Source: Tubiluchus corallicola (taxonomy: Eukaryota; Animalia; Priapulida). Taken from it: DNA of 64,000 bases. This document shows, in pieces, positions 40,991-52,814 of this stretch (position 1 is the first letter of the stretch; each line of letters opens with the position of its first letter). The stretch spans positions 1 through 64,000 of the forward strand of contig JAQGDQ010000510.1 in NCBI GenBank assembly GCA_030141605.1, read 5' to 3'. The notes below the pieces were generated by a model. It worked only from the letters and a program-made list of their open reading frames with translations, was not told the origin of the DNA and ran no database searches. The translations under genes were made by a program, and so were the position numbers.

Positions 40991-41589
40991 TTTATACTAA
41001 CAATGTATTGCATCTGAGTAACAAGATAATGATGTTAGGCAGCATGTTGGGGGTGAAAATGGAGTGAGATCTCCCGAGTGGGCTGTGGGTTAGATACTAC
41101 GACGAGGGCAAATGTGAACAGGAATGTGTCTGTCTGTCAAGTGTTATTTGAGAATGTTTGGCAAGTTCAGTCGCTTTGCCGTCATTGTAGCTGCATGCTG
41201 GATGAGTGAGTCTAACTGGTTACCTCAGGCAACATTTTCAATTGGGTCTTCTATGTTGTCAGTACTACATCTGGCTGAATCAGTTATCTGAATCAAGCAA
41301 ATTGCGTGTTTCACTTAATTTGCAAAACTTGCTGCTATTTATAAATTCCTGTCTGAGAGCGCAGTAAACCAGCAATTACTAAGGACTTGTTGAGGAGATT
41401 ATCCGAACATTGCCCCAGGCGGTACGAGCTATTCGTCATACACTGCTAGTCCTGTATTATAAGGGTACGCTTGTGAAGCCATGCATAATTTAAATGTTTC
41501 AAGTATTTTACGTTTCTTCGTTGCAACTAGATTATACGTCTTTTTCTCACTTTACGAGGCCTTGCAAACTTCAGGTAATTTGTTGCTAA

Positions 41590-42010
41590 AACTATTCTGA
41601 TAAAATGGGGGCGAAAAACCTCTAAAAACGCCATTTTTTTACTGTTTTTTGCAGAAAATTGCAAAATATTATTACCTCTTATTTCTAGAGAACAGGAATG
41701 CGTCGGGGGTGGTGCCAGTAATGCTTAGATACCCCGTTCAACGCTGGGTGTCATAGTCATATTTTTATTTCGTAGTATTGCTACGGCGTCCCGGACCCAA
41801 CTCCCGATTTATTTCGAAATTTTGGCCAAACAGGCTGTAGAAAAAACGTCCTAGCAGCGCATGGTAGGACTCTTGAAAGGAGATATATCCCTCTTTAGAA
41901 AGGGCATGAGCAAGGCTACATGATGGTTTGAGGTACATTTTAGGGAGTATCCGCTATGAGAGGCTGTGATGAGTTGATTGGAGGTTTCATTTTTGTGAGG
42001 CCTTTGCTAG
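41590..42010 (+). mobile_element. Helitron family copy (GC-rich module) ending in CTAG|T
   Basis: Reverse-complement homolog of ~17945-18340; ends ttttgtgaggcctttgCTAG at 42010. A small related fragment lies at ~34055-34100. Confidence 0.8.
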
Positions 42011-42029
42011 TTAATAATTTTTAAAATAA

Positions 42030-42190
42030 CTAGCTAAACCCCGCAAAAAGAATTTTGCACATCAACTTACAGCAATAACAACTCACACCACACCACACAA
42101 CCCACACCAATCCATCTACACCACACCACACCACCCACACCAATCCATCTACACCACACCACATCACCCACACCATACCATCTACATATG
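42030..42190 (-). mobile_element. Helitron 3' end with CACCA module
   Basis: ctagctaaaccccgcaaaaagaattttgcac matches 16643-16675 and is followed by CACCA repeats. Confidence 0.82.
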
Positions 42191-42324
42191 AATACCATTG
42201 TAGAGCGAATGGTTAGAGGTTGTTCGGTTTATGGCCGCGAGGCATAGTAGATTAATCTTGTTTCTTATTAGATAAATGAAACACATTTCGTGTTTAAAAT
42301 AATAAGGAAGTACAAATATAACAC

Positions 42325-42400
42325 TTACCTACCTACCTACCTACCTACCTACCTAACTACCTCCCAACCTACCGACCTACCTACCAACCTACCGACCTAC
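42325..42400. repeat. (CCTA)n microsatellite
   Basis: Direct inspection. Confidence 0.95.
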
Positions 42401-42828
42401 GTATCTATCTATCTATCGTTAACTATATATACATATCTTGCACCTCTTTGTGGCTGTAACAGTTATCGTCCTTGTACAGTTGTACGCACATAAGCAGTTT
42501 CAGAAAAAAACTTTCCAAGTGGGCCTCACGTCTGTTCGACTGTTCACCTGATGGACATGCTGCTGGGAAAACTGTGCATGCACTACTTAATGCAAGGTGT
42601 TCAAAGCAAGTTCATGTAAGAAAAGAACATATTTTAACTCATTGGAACGATACCTTGTTTACAAATATTATTGTCGCTAAGGATTGTACCACATCTCCCA
42701 ATGAAACGATGCAAACATAACAAAAAACACACTTGTTGAGAACTATGCCAGTATGGCGCTTCTCGAGTAATGAACGCGGAAATAAACATAGAATATTTAT
42801 GTTATTAATATCTATGATATTTCCATCT

Positions 42829-42855
42829 ATTATTATTATCATTACTATTATTGTA

Positions 42856-42917
<62 letters not shown>
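42829..42917. repeat. (ATT)n microsatellite
   Basis: Direct inspection. Confidence 0.97.
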
Positions 42918-44014
42918 CTATTTATGTTATTTCCATCTTATTACTAGTAAGTACTAAGCACCATCACAATTTATTAAAACATAGTCAAGACAAAATAAGC
43001 AGCATTCTGCATAACACTGTCTACATAATACTATAAGACAATTATCTTACAAACATGTATAAAGTTCAACTTACAGTTGAAATGCTAGTATGATTAGCTA
43101 GCATGAGCCCACTGACTCTATGAGTTGATTGTACATATAGTGATTTGCGAGCAAGAGCTACTTAAACGCTAGCTGGACGGTATGAACCGCGCAAGTTTTC
43201 GCTTCTAACACACATTTTCATGGGTTTTCAGTCTCGCATTAGTCACTTTCACACATATATTTAAAATTACAACTTTTTACAAATAGCTAAAAGGTAAAAC
43301 ATTAAATGTATTCATAAAATAACTATAAAAACCAATAAATTCTAGTCCGCGTTCGCGACAGTTCAGGTAAACAGTAACTAATATTAACTTTTTTCAGCTC
43401 TGAAAGTAATATATACAACTTGGAGCACTCACATGTCATGGGTGACATCAGTCATTTAATTCTAGATACAGCTGGCATGTTGGCGACTGGAATATCCATT
43501 GACAAAATATTGGACAATATTCCAGAAAAAGTATGTTGAGATAGTAAAATCTCATATAAACTTGTATTTCCACGGAAGATCTTGTCTACATGATGTCCAC
43601 AGTGCTTATGCATTAGTAGAAGATATGAAAAAAACAGAAAATTAATATTCCAAAGGCCATTTTTGAGATGGTAAGATGCTGTTGCAGTGCATACGAGATT
43701 GTGGCAACTGGTGCTGGCGAGAACAAAAACTTGAGATTAAACTTGCTAGAAAGCCATACTGAGACGTATCTGTATAACAAGTTCCGAGATGGCACAGATG
43801 CTAATCAACCTACTGGTTTCATAATCACTGCTATAAACGTCAGTAAAACCTCTATAGTTAAGGCAACATATCGGTAATACATTAAAAAATCAAACAGTCA
43901 ATGTTAGTGAAACCTGCTGTTCTATCAGGCATTTTTCGCCTATGCAGACTTTGACGAATAAAATGACATTTTATTCTGTATAACAACTTTGTTTATTAAG
44001 TAACTTTTAATTTC

Positions 44015-44992
44015 TCAAATTGCTGCTGGGAGCTTATATCCAAAAATAACAAAATCAACTTTGTAAATATTATACAGTTTTCTTAAAAGTTCTATAGGCA
44101 GCATGCTGTAATAATGTTTCATTAACCTGGTGATGTGGCCAGTGTTGCGAAATTCATATTTTCTAGTTAACTCTAGTCTATGATAAACATTCAACATTTT
44201 CAAAAAATCTTTAGTTTCCTCTTCTATGTACTCGTATTTTCCAATAAAGTCATACTTAACAGTACAAGGATCACATAGGTCGGTCATCCTAGCCCAGTGT
44301 TCATTATACAGTTTTGGATGAGTAACAATCAAGTACCTGACAAAATCTGTAAAACTTACAATATGATCTGAAATCGTTATGTTTTGTCTTCGGAGAACTT
44401 GAGCCATGTGTGAAATTTCATCAGAAAAGTTCTTACTTTCAATTTTATTTTTGAAAGCACTTAGAAGACGTTCAAATGGGTGGCGAACAAACATAAACTT
44501 TTTATATTTTTTTAATACAAATGACTGCAAGTAGACAGAATATCTTGATATTTGTTTTATTAGATCACCTTTCAGAGCACGTTGATGAGATGTGTATCCT
44601 GGTAATTCATCTAAATCACTCTGCTGAACTAACGGATCATTACTAAGACTTGCATCAGCAGCCATTAAACTAATTAAAATTCTTTTCCAATTTGTGGAGG
44701 CCACTTTAGGTATTGAACAATAAGCCAGGCGATGAATGTCATCAACGTATGTTTGTGTCCACATGTTAAATTTTCCACCAAAAACTTCGTCTGCATATTG
44801 TCTTGTGCATGCTCTTTCTACCATTGCTGTTCTTGTTTGATAAGTATCAGCAACAATCTCATCACAGAATGAACAATTCTTGCCCAGAAATGGCCCACTA
44901 CTGAAGTCACGTAAGTTTGCTTGTTTCACATCGTGATTAAAAGCAACTCTTCTCACTTCTTCTGAAAAGAGAATTAATATGATTTGAATCAA
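44015..44992 (-). CDS. Carbohydrate sulfotransferase (Sulfotransfer_2; CHST11/HNK-1ST-like), large catalytic 3' exon
   Basis: 5'-PSB motif YCSIPKVASTNWKR, 3'-PB motif FMFVRHPFERLLSAF, NEHW..LCDPC..YDFIGKYE, C-terminal LYNIYKVDFVIFGY. The ORF begins at TTG, not ATG. A likely splice acceptor (ctcttttcag) ends at 44962; the upstream exon is unresolved. Confidence 0.93.
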   Translation of the reverse strand: MIQIILILFSEEVRRVAFNHDVKQANLRDFSSGPFLGKNCSFCDEIVADTYQTRTAMVERACTRQYADEVFGGKFNMWTQTYVDDIHRLAYCSIPKVASTNWKRILISLMAADASLSNDPLVQQSDLDELPGYTSHQRALKGDLIKQISRYSVYLQSFVLKKYKKFMFVRHPFERLLSAFKNKIESKNFSDEISHMAQVLRRQNITISDHIVSFTDFVRYLIVTHPKLYNEHWARMTDLCDPCTVKYDFIGKYEYIEEETKDFLKMLNVYHRLELTRKYEFRNTGHITRLMKHYYSMLPIELLRKLYNIYKVDFVIFGYKLPAAI

Positions 44993-45407
44993 CTAAGCTT
45001 AAAAACTGATACAAGATTACTGCAACAAGGTGGTAAAATCTCTTCCATGACTGTAAATATTACTTTGACTGTAATTCTACATAGCTTTACATGACGCTCC
45101 AAATTCATAACACGACCCATTAGCACTGAATAGCCTTCTGTGATTAGAACATGTTGAAAAAACTCACTGGCCAATTCGTTACTTGTATGTTATATGCTTT
45201 GCGCGTTAAATGGCGCTTATTTAGGATGCGGGTGGGTTTTCCATTTGGGAAACAACTGAGGAAAAGCCAGCGAGAAAAAACTATAGGAAATAGCTGTAGA
45301 AAGAGAATAAAGGCAGGCTGCATAAACGGGTCATTCAAAGGTCAACCAACCTTGGTATGAACTTATATCATTTAGTTTGTGTCATTGAGACATTTCATTT
45401 GATATAC

Positions 45408-46432
45408 TACAAGCTAGTTTCGGTTATCACCTAAAGACATTTGTCTTCTCGGCCCTTATTTCGCCACTGCTGGGGTCATTGGTCAAACAATCTTGGCATA
45501 ACTTATACCATTAAAGCTCACTGACACCTTTCATTTGATATACTACAAGATACCATTGCTCAACACTCGATGCACTTCAGTTCCTAACCCCCATTTCTCG
45601 GTTTTTTCCCCCTAACGTGGTCGCGCATTAGCTATTCTCATTGTAACCTATGCCATTCGATACGCCTTATCGAGGCCTTTCATTTGATATGCTACAAAGT
45701 ACCATTGCTCAACACACGGTGTACTTCTGTTTTCGGTTTTTCAGTTTTCCCCTTAGCAGCAAAAATCTACGCGCATCCACAAGCAATATAACAAGTATTG
45801 TGGCGCTGACTCAAAATCTGTGGGAGCAGATGGGTCATAAAAAACATAAATGAAGACACGTGCTCTCCATGAACTTTGACCCGACAACGCCGGTCACATG
45901 TATACGTAGATAACTTTGCCCAGAGAGTGTACCCTGTGAGTTTTGTGTCCCTAGCCCTCAGCATGTAAAAGGTCACCAATTGGGGGATCACAAATTTTGC
46001 CTTTTGGCTCCTCCCTCTGGCGTTTAAAACTTGCCAGCTTTTTAAAACCCCAGGTGCACAGCTACCATACACCATGTGTTCGGAAGATTTCAATCTAAGG
46101 TTGTATTTATTTAAAATTGTCTGTAAAGCTTGGCTTCGTTATATGCATTTAGTAGGTCAGCCAATCAGAATTGAGCACGTTTTTAGTCTACTCATTAGAT
46201 GCGAAGGAATCAGCACGTCTTTTACTTTTTCTGTAATATTGAAAATAAAAATAAGTTTTTTGTTATTACTTCAAAACAGTACGCAAATACTTGTGAAAAA
46301 GAATTGCAAAAAATCAAAAACCTGGTGACCCTAAAAGGACTTGGAGATATTAAGTTTAAAGTGGCGGAGAAGAAATAAATAAACAATAACTCACTGAAAA
46401 ACAGTAAGGTTTTGATATAGCAAAATCTTAAT
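45408..46432. mobile_element. Possible Helentron-associated (HINE-like) non-autonomous element
   Basis: Repeated cctttcatttgata motifs, aactttgacc, and a terminal hairpin taaggttttg-atatag-caaaatctta (46405-46430) after an A-rich tract. Boundaries uncertain. Confidence 0.35.
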
Positions 46433-48984
46433 TAACCACGTTCGTAAGTAGCTTAACTCTTAGTAGTAAGTACGTATTACAAAGACAGATTATACCCAAT
46501 GCAAGTTTTTACACCACACTGTTCTCTACATTGTTATATAAAGTCACAGAATCAGTGTTCACTGAGAATCGACGATAACCGATATACTGATATGCGCTGC
46601 CGCCTTTTAGGCCTTGAATGAAGCCAACATTTATATTTGTTAGCCTGTGCTTAAATACTCAGGTGATTGAATCTGTTCGTAAGCAGAAGACAGTAAGACT
46701 GCAGGTTTTTTACTGGTTAAATGTTCGGCTGTCAGCTTTGTGATTTTCAGCTTACTGAATTATTTTAATGATTTGGCGATTCTCTAAATTCTGTGGCTTT
46801 TTCTGCAGGTTATGTTTGATGCTTGTAAGACTCTATGCCAGAGTTAGCCAATGTACAATAGATAACCGCTGGCAAGCCGATGCGGAAAATGTCCCTACCT
46901 CACCTTTCGTTAACCTGTTAACCTGGGTGATATATAAATATCACCTCTGATTGGGATAACGCTACTCAAAATCAAATTCAAACATTTTCCTATACATCCG
47001 GCTGTAACTTGGATTCTGTCGTGATACCCCATGACGTAATTGCATGCAACGGATGATAAAATAATTCAGATATTCATCAGAATATTCTAGGCTCGTTTTG
47101 TAATGCTATTATTTTCACGCTGTTTCTTGCCAGTGTCAATTGTGTTCTAACCAAATAATACTTTAATGACAGTAATAAGGACTGCAGTGAGATTTCACAC
47201 TGTTCCTGCTGGAGCGAAATTACAAAAGAAAAATAGGATTACTCCAGACACATGTTTTTCTTTTGGGGAAACAACAAAACTGTCCTCGATATGGGGCCAT
47301 ATTTGAAGAAATGAAAAGATCGCGCGCACTGACTAAACTTGCTTTTAGGTTTTGCGGGCTAACGCAAACAAAATTCTGTGTGACAATTTTGCTTATAGGC
47401 GTTCAAATGAAAGTTCTTTTCATTTTTGGAACAAAATTAAAAAGCACTATAACAATAATATAGCGTCACTAATATGTGGAAGGACTACTATAGTAACATA
47501 TTGAATTCCGCGCAGAATAGTAACATTAGCAATGAATCAAAGTGAGAATATCACCAAAATGTAATGTAATTTGCACATGTATATGCTGCATTTTGCAATT
47601 TCTGGATAATTATCTTCAATAATTTACTTCAGTGAAATTATCTGTATTTTTATTATAATTGTTAGATGCAGAGTGGAAATAAATAAACTTATAGACTTAT
47701 AAACTTAAAAAAAAATTAAGTTCAGCTTGAATAAGTCACGATTATATTGCGAATACAAATACGTACCTCATTTTTCAAGGAAATTTCATGTTTAACAATC
47801 CTTGGCAAAAGTTTGGACGCCATTGAGCATGGACCTGCGCCCCACATTGAGCATGGATCTGGTGGCGAAAAATGCCATATAACAGAGAAAACTTCACTCT
47901 CAGGCATAAGTCACTGACGAGGAACGCCTATGCTGTACAGTGCACAACAAAGTTTGAACATTTTTCAGTATACAGTACTTTTACGCAGTTTATACCTTGT
48001 GACACTGGGTTTCAGGCATAGTGATTGTTCTTACTGAAAAACTCTGTGGAATGTGCTACACTGGCATTCAGCAATTAGACGGGCCGTTCGATGCAGCAGT
48101 CAGATGAAAAGTGTCAGATTACGAAGTCAAAATATAAAAACTTTTACTTAGTTTCCAGTGAGCAACAGAAAATTCTTGAAGCAATGGAAGCACAATTTAG
48201 AAAAGCTGAATTCACGTCTACAAACTACAACGACTTGATCTGTGTGTGATGATTTCTCCGCTGTTTGCTTGGAAACGTAATGAACTCTAGTGCTAAAAAT
48301 ATTGTGCTTAAACTTCGGACAGATTTAGTCAGATGCAGTTTTTTGTGGTGTCTTTTTAATACGTTTCATTTTAAGCACATCACAGTTACATTACGTAATG
48401 CAATTTTTTGCGCCAAAATTTTATTTATGATGTTTCTTCTTCATCAATTTTTATTATTAACTAAAGAAAACGAAATTGTAAATCCTAAATTGATAACTGT
48501 AAATTTTTAATCCTTACAGCAGAAACAACGATTACAGTATATTTGGTAATTTGTGTAGAACAAAGAGCATTGTACTTGATTATTTTGCGCAGAGTCAGAA
48601 TAACATCGCTTGAAATAACATAATAAATAATTATTTTGTCATTGAACCACATTATATCGTTACTTTTTATTTTGTTAAAGTGGATAACAATAAATGCATT
48701 ATTATCATTAATTTTTGTTTCAGTCCAACTGACAAAAATTTTTTATTTAATCCTATTATTTTAATAATACTGCTGTGTAAAAATGAACACAACATATTGT
48801 TTTCATGTAAAAACAAAAGTTAACAAACAACAGCTAAAGTTCTGGTTGATATTAAAAGTCTTACTAATTTAACTGACTGAAACACGACAAAGTTAAAAAT
48901 GTACATATATGTTTAATCATTAAGTCTACAGCTAATACGTTATAGTCCCTGTATCCATGGGGTTCACATACTTTTTGTCAAGGC

Positions 48985-50398
48985 TGATAAAATGCTATTA
49001 ATGATTTAAAAAGACGTAACGCTACTGATGCTGGTGGCATACACATGTTGTATGCGCATAAGAAGTTATATGTTTTACTGACCCTGCTATTCACTGCCAT
49101 ATTCAAGCATCTTTATATGCCAAGCTCGTTAACTGATTCTGTATTTATACCTGTTATTAAAAACAAATCGTTGAATATAACTAGCTGTTGTAATTATGGA
49201 CCTATAGCTATCTCCGCTGTAATTAGCAAAGTTATTGAGCATGTCATCTTGAAGAAATTTATGTCAAATTTAAGAGCAATTGATTATCAAATTGTTTCTA
49301 AAAGAAACATGGAACTGATCTCTGTATATGTGCACTGAAGGAAATCTTTCATATGTACAAAAGTCATGCTAGTACTGCTTTTGTGTGCTTCGAAGATGTT
49401 AGCAAGGCTTTTGATAGGGTAAATCAGCGTCTCCTGTTTCAGAAATTAGAGGTATGGATTTGCCGATACCTGTACTAGAATTAATTAAATTTTGGCTTGC
49501 CACTCAGCGTGTCAGCTTAAAATGGTTAAAATCTTTCTCCCGCCCGTTTTGTGTCAGTAATGGAGTTCGTCAAGGTGCTATCCTCTCGCCCCTGATGTTT
49601 TCACTATATGTTAATGATCTTCTAAAAAGTTCGCTATATATATTAATGATTTTTCAATCAACTATGAGGTCAACCACGTGTCGTTTAGGTGAGACACCTG
49701 TTAATCACTTACTTGATGCTGATGACCTGTGTTTAATTGCTCCCTCTACACAGGCACTACAAAAATTGCATGATCTCTGTGAAGAATACGCTTTGCAAGG
49801 AGAAGCGATTGAACTCGAACATGAAGTAAAATATCTTGTCACATAATTAACGATAATTGTAAAGACGATGCTGATATTTTAAATCAACTGCGCCTTTTTT
49901 ATATTATATTAAATTTTTGCTCTGCTGATGTCAGACTTGTTTAAATCTTATTGTTCAACTTTTTACTGTTCCAACCTCTGGATCACTTTTAATGTTGGTA
50001 CTATTAGGAAATTAAAAGCGGTCTACTATTTTGCATTGACAAAGTTTTTTGCTTATCGTAGGGGCACCACAGCATCGGGTGCGTATGCCGAAAATGGCTG
50101 TAATCATTTTAAATTTATTTTACGCAAAAATACTTTTAGTCTTCGTCAGCGAGATTAAAATTCAAGCAATGAAGTGATACGCAGTTTTATTCTTAATACT
50201 GATATCATTTTAACTTTGAATATATTTGCCCATTGGGAATTTACACTTACTAACCATTTTTTACATATTTAGCTTATTAATTCTCTGTTGTTTGTGTAAA
50301 TATTTATTTTATTTTTCTTGTAGAAATATTTTTAATTGTGATCTTTAACTATGCTCTGTTTATTATTGTTGCTTTTTATGTTAATAAAAAATAAATAA

Positions 50399-50432
<34 letters not shown>
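48985..50432 (+). mobile_element. 5'-truncated decayed LINE, RTE-X-like
   Basis: IPVIKNK..NYGPIAI..VISKVIE; FEDVSKAFDRVN; SNGVRQGAILSPLMFSLYVNDL; NHLLDADDLCLIAPS; LFKSYCSTFYCSNLW; tail (TAAA)n(TA)n at ~50387-50432. Confidence 0.85.
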
Positions 50433-50440
<8 letters not shown>

Positions 50441-52429
50441 TTACATTTTGGGTTAAGTTGGGAATTTTTAGCTATATATCGTGGTTCAGTGAACCCCAGA
50501 GACGTGAAAATTTACCTGTACATAACCGTGGGAAGCCGTGAGACACGGCGGATTATTGGTATCAAAAAATGAGAAGAGGTATTGAGAGATGGGCAGGGTC
50601 CCAATACCATCACAAAACAAAAGTGAACATTTTATTATGCTAAAACTTAAATGTAATACAAAATGAACTCCTAGCTGCATATTTTAATAGCGAAGACGAC
50701 AACTGTGACGTCACATATTGTTATTGCCCACTTTGCCACACAATTAGTTCCATTTACCTTCAGTGTTATTAATAAGAACGATACCCTCCACTCATTCCAC
50801 TCTCCCAATATTTCCTTTTTGTTTTTGAATATATATGAGATTTTTCTAACATCTCTCCTAACATATTTCTTTAATTTCTGAATTATTACATGTAGGCCTA
50901 CGACTTGCTTTAAACTTTATAACTAAAATTAAACAGAAAGGAACGTATTGTTCAAGAAATCCTTACGATTACCTGCTTATATAATTGGGCATTTCTTAAT
51001 AATTTTCTTAGTAATGTTCGCTCCATCTGGTAAAACAGCATCGAAGTTCCCGCCCAGGGTAGTCTAATTTACCAAAAAAGCACGTTAGTGTTCTTACTGA
51101 CAGTAGCAAGTTATTTAGTTAGTGAAGAATATGCTACAAAAGCTCTGATTATTTTTCAAGCCCTACTCAATGTGACAATTTATGCAATCTGAACTTGTTT
51201 CAAGCACCTGCTGTCATAATGGCTGAGGTTACAGGTCATCGTGGTAGTTTAAATTTACAAGCTGCTGATACAAGCTCTGTATGCAATAAGACAGCATTTA
51301 AGTGGCCAATACAAAATTTCAAGACAATTTTTAAGCTTTATCTATGAAGAGCTTCTTGTGCTTTAATTTTGTTTAGAATATCCGTTTCACGCTTGTGCAT
51401 CACTTCACTAGCTTTCAGTAATTTCAACTCGATATAAATAGTTAGTTACAGTTACCTTGTTTATAGCAGTCGCTGTCACCTGGCAAATTTGCAAAGTGGA
51501 TGACTAAAACAACAACACTGCAAAATACACCACAAACTGGAGCAAACATGATTTTATTTGATATGAACTTCCTATTGCATAATCTTAACTGCATTTTCTG
51601 CGAAAAGGATAGTAATCAATATTTTGAATTTATCACATTCCTGAAAACGCAAATCAAATTGTGTACAAAAATATGCACACGCATGGCTATATGTAGGCTT
51701 AATTCCGTGGTTCATAAAACCTTCTTATTGTACGTGTGATGTGCAAGATTGAACACATTTACCTGTCAAACAGAAAAATCTTATTTGTATATCTCTCTAC
51801 GAACCGTGAATATGTTATGACCTCTACTGTCGTTTATTTTTGTTATCAAAAAAGTAAATGCTATTTTTGCACTAAGTTAGTCGGGCGCTGATAATTAGTT
51901 GAAATTATTTGATGCATAGAGATATTCAGAGTCCTGTGCGCAAATCATTTTGAAAGCCCCGCTCTCATGACAAATGAGTAGTCATTTTTGGAGATCCACA
52001 CCCATGCCTACGATATACGACTGCCTGATGAGGAGAGTGTGATAATCCGTTTGGCCTAAAATGCTGTAAATGTGTTTATGTCAGAATGGCAAGATTATCA
52101 CTAGAACACTGGTGCTAACACACCATAAATACTTAAAGAAACAGCAAGCTTTATTTGATCTAAGGCTGTGGGTGTACGCTTAACTTAGCAAACTTAATTG
52201 TAGAAATTTAATTAGTACGATAAAATGAGAGCACTATTGTGTAGGGCTGTCACGGAGAGTGCTTCCGGTCTTGGACTATAAGTAGTTTTAATCTGTGTCT
52301 GTTGTTTGTTCTCGTGTCGTCCTAATGTTGCTTTTTCTAGTGTTCTTTAGCTTCCTCCTCTAAGGAGGCGAAATAACTAAAACAAATGTGCATGTTCACA
52401 CATGCATGCAATCACTGAACATATATGAG

Positions 52430-52438
52430 CACACACAA

Positions 52439-52525
<87 letters not shown>

Positions 52526-52535
52526 CCCACACGCA
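52430..52535. repeat. (CA)n microsatellite
   Basis: Direct inspection. Confidence 0.97.
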
Positions 52536-52814
52536 TGCATGCACACAAAACTCACTAAGACCAGATACAATTTTTTAATAACTGCACATTCTAAGTAAAT
52601 TTATTATTTGTGATTTCTAGTATTAATCAAAAAACATGACATATCTCTCGGTGCAGAACCACTAACAACATCTTTCACATAAATGACAATTATAAGCTTT
52701 AGTCATCCCTGGACAACGTAACTTTGATGAAAGTTGCTGATAAAGAAAGTCTGATTTAGTATTTGCGAGCAAATTTACCATCTGGGATCCTACGATTATT
52801 GGTGGTGTCTAATT

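Noticed and set aside
42733-42957. Poly-Ile membrane protein ORF
   Set aside because: Translation of an (ATT)n microsatellite
52024-52055. Hammerhead ribozyme core (ctgatga gga...tcc)
   Set aside because: The stem is followed by GTTT rather than GAAA, and stems I and III were not found; ctgacgag at ~47914 also lacks a partner
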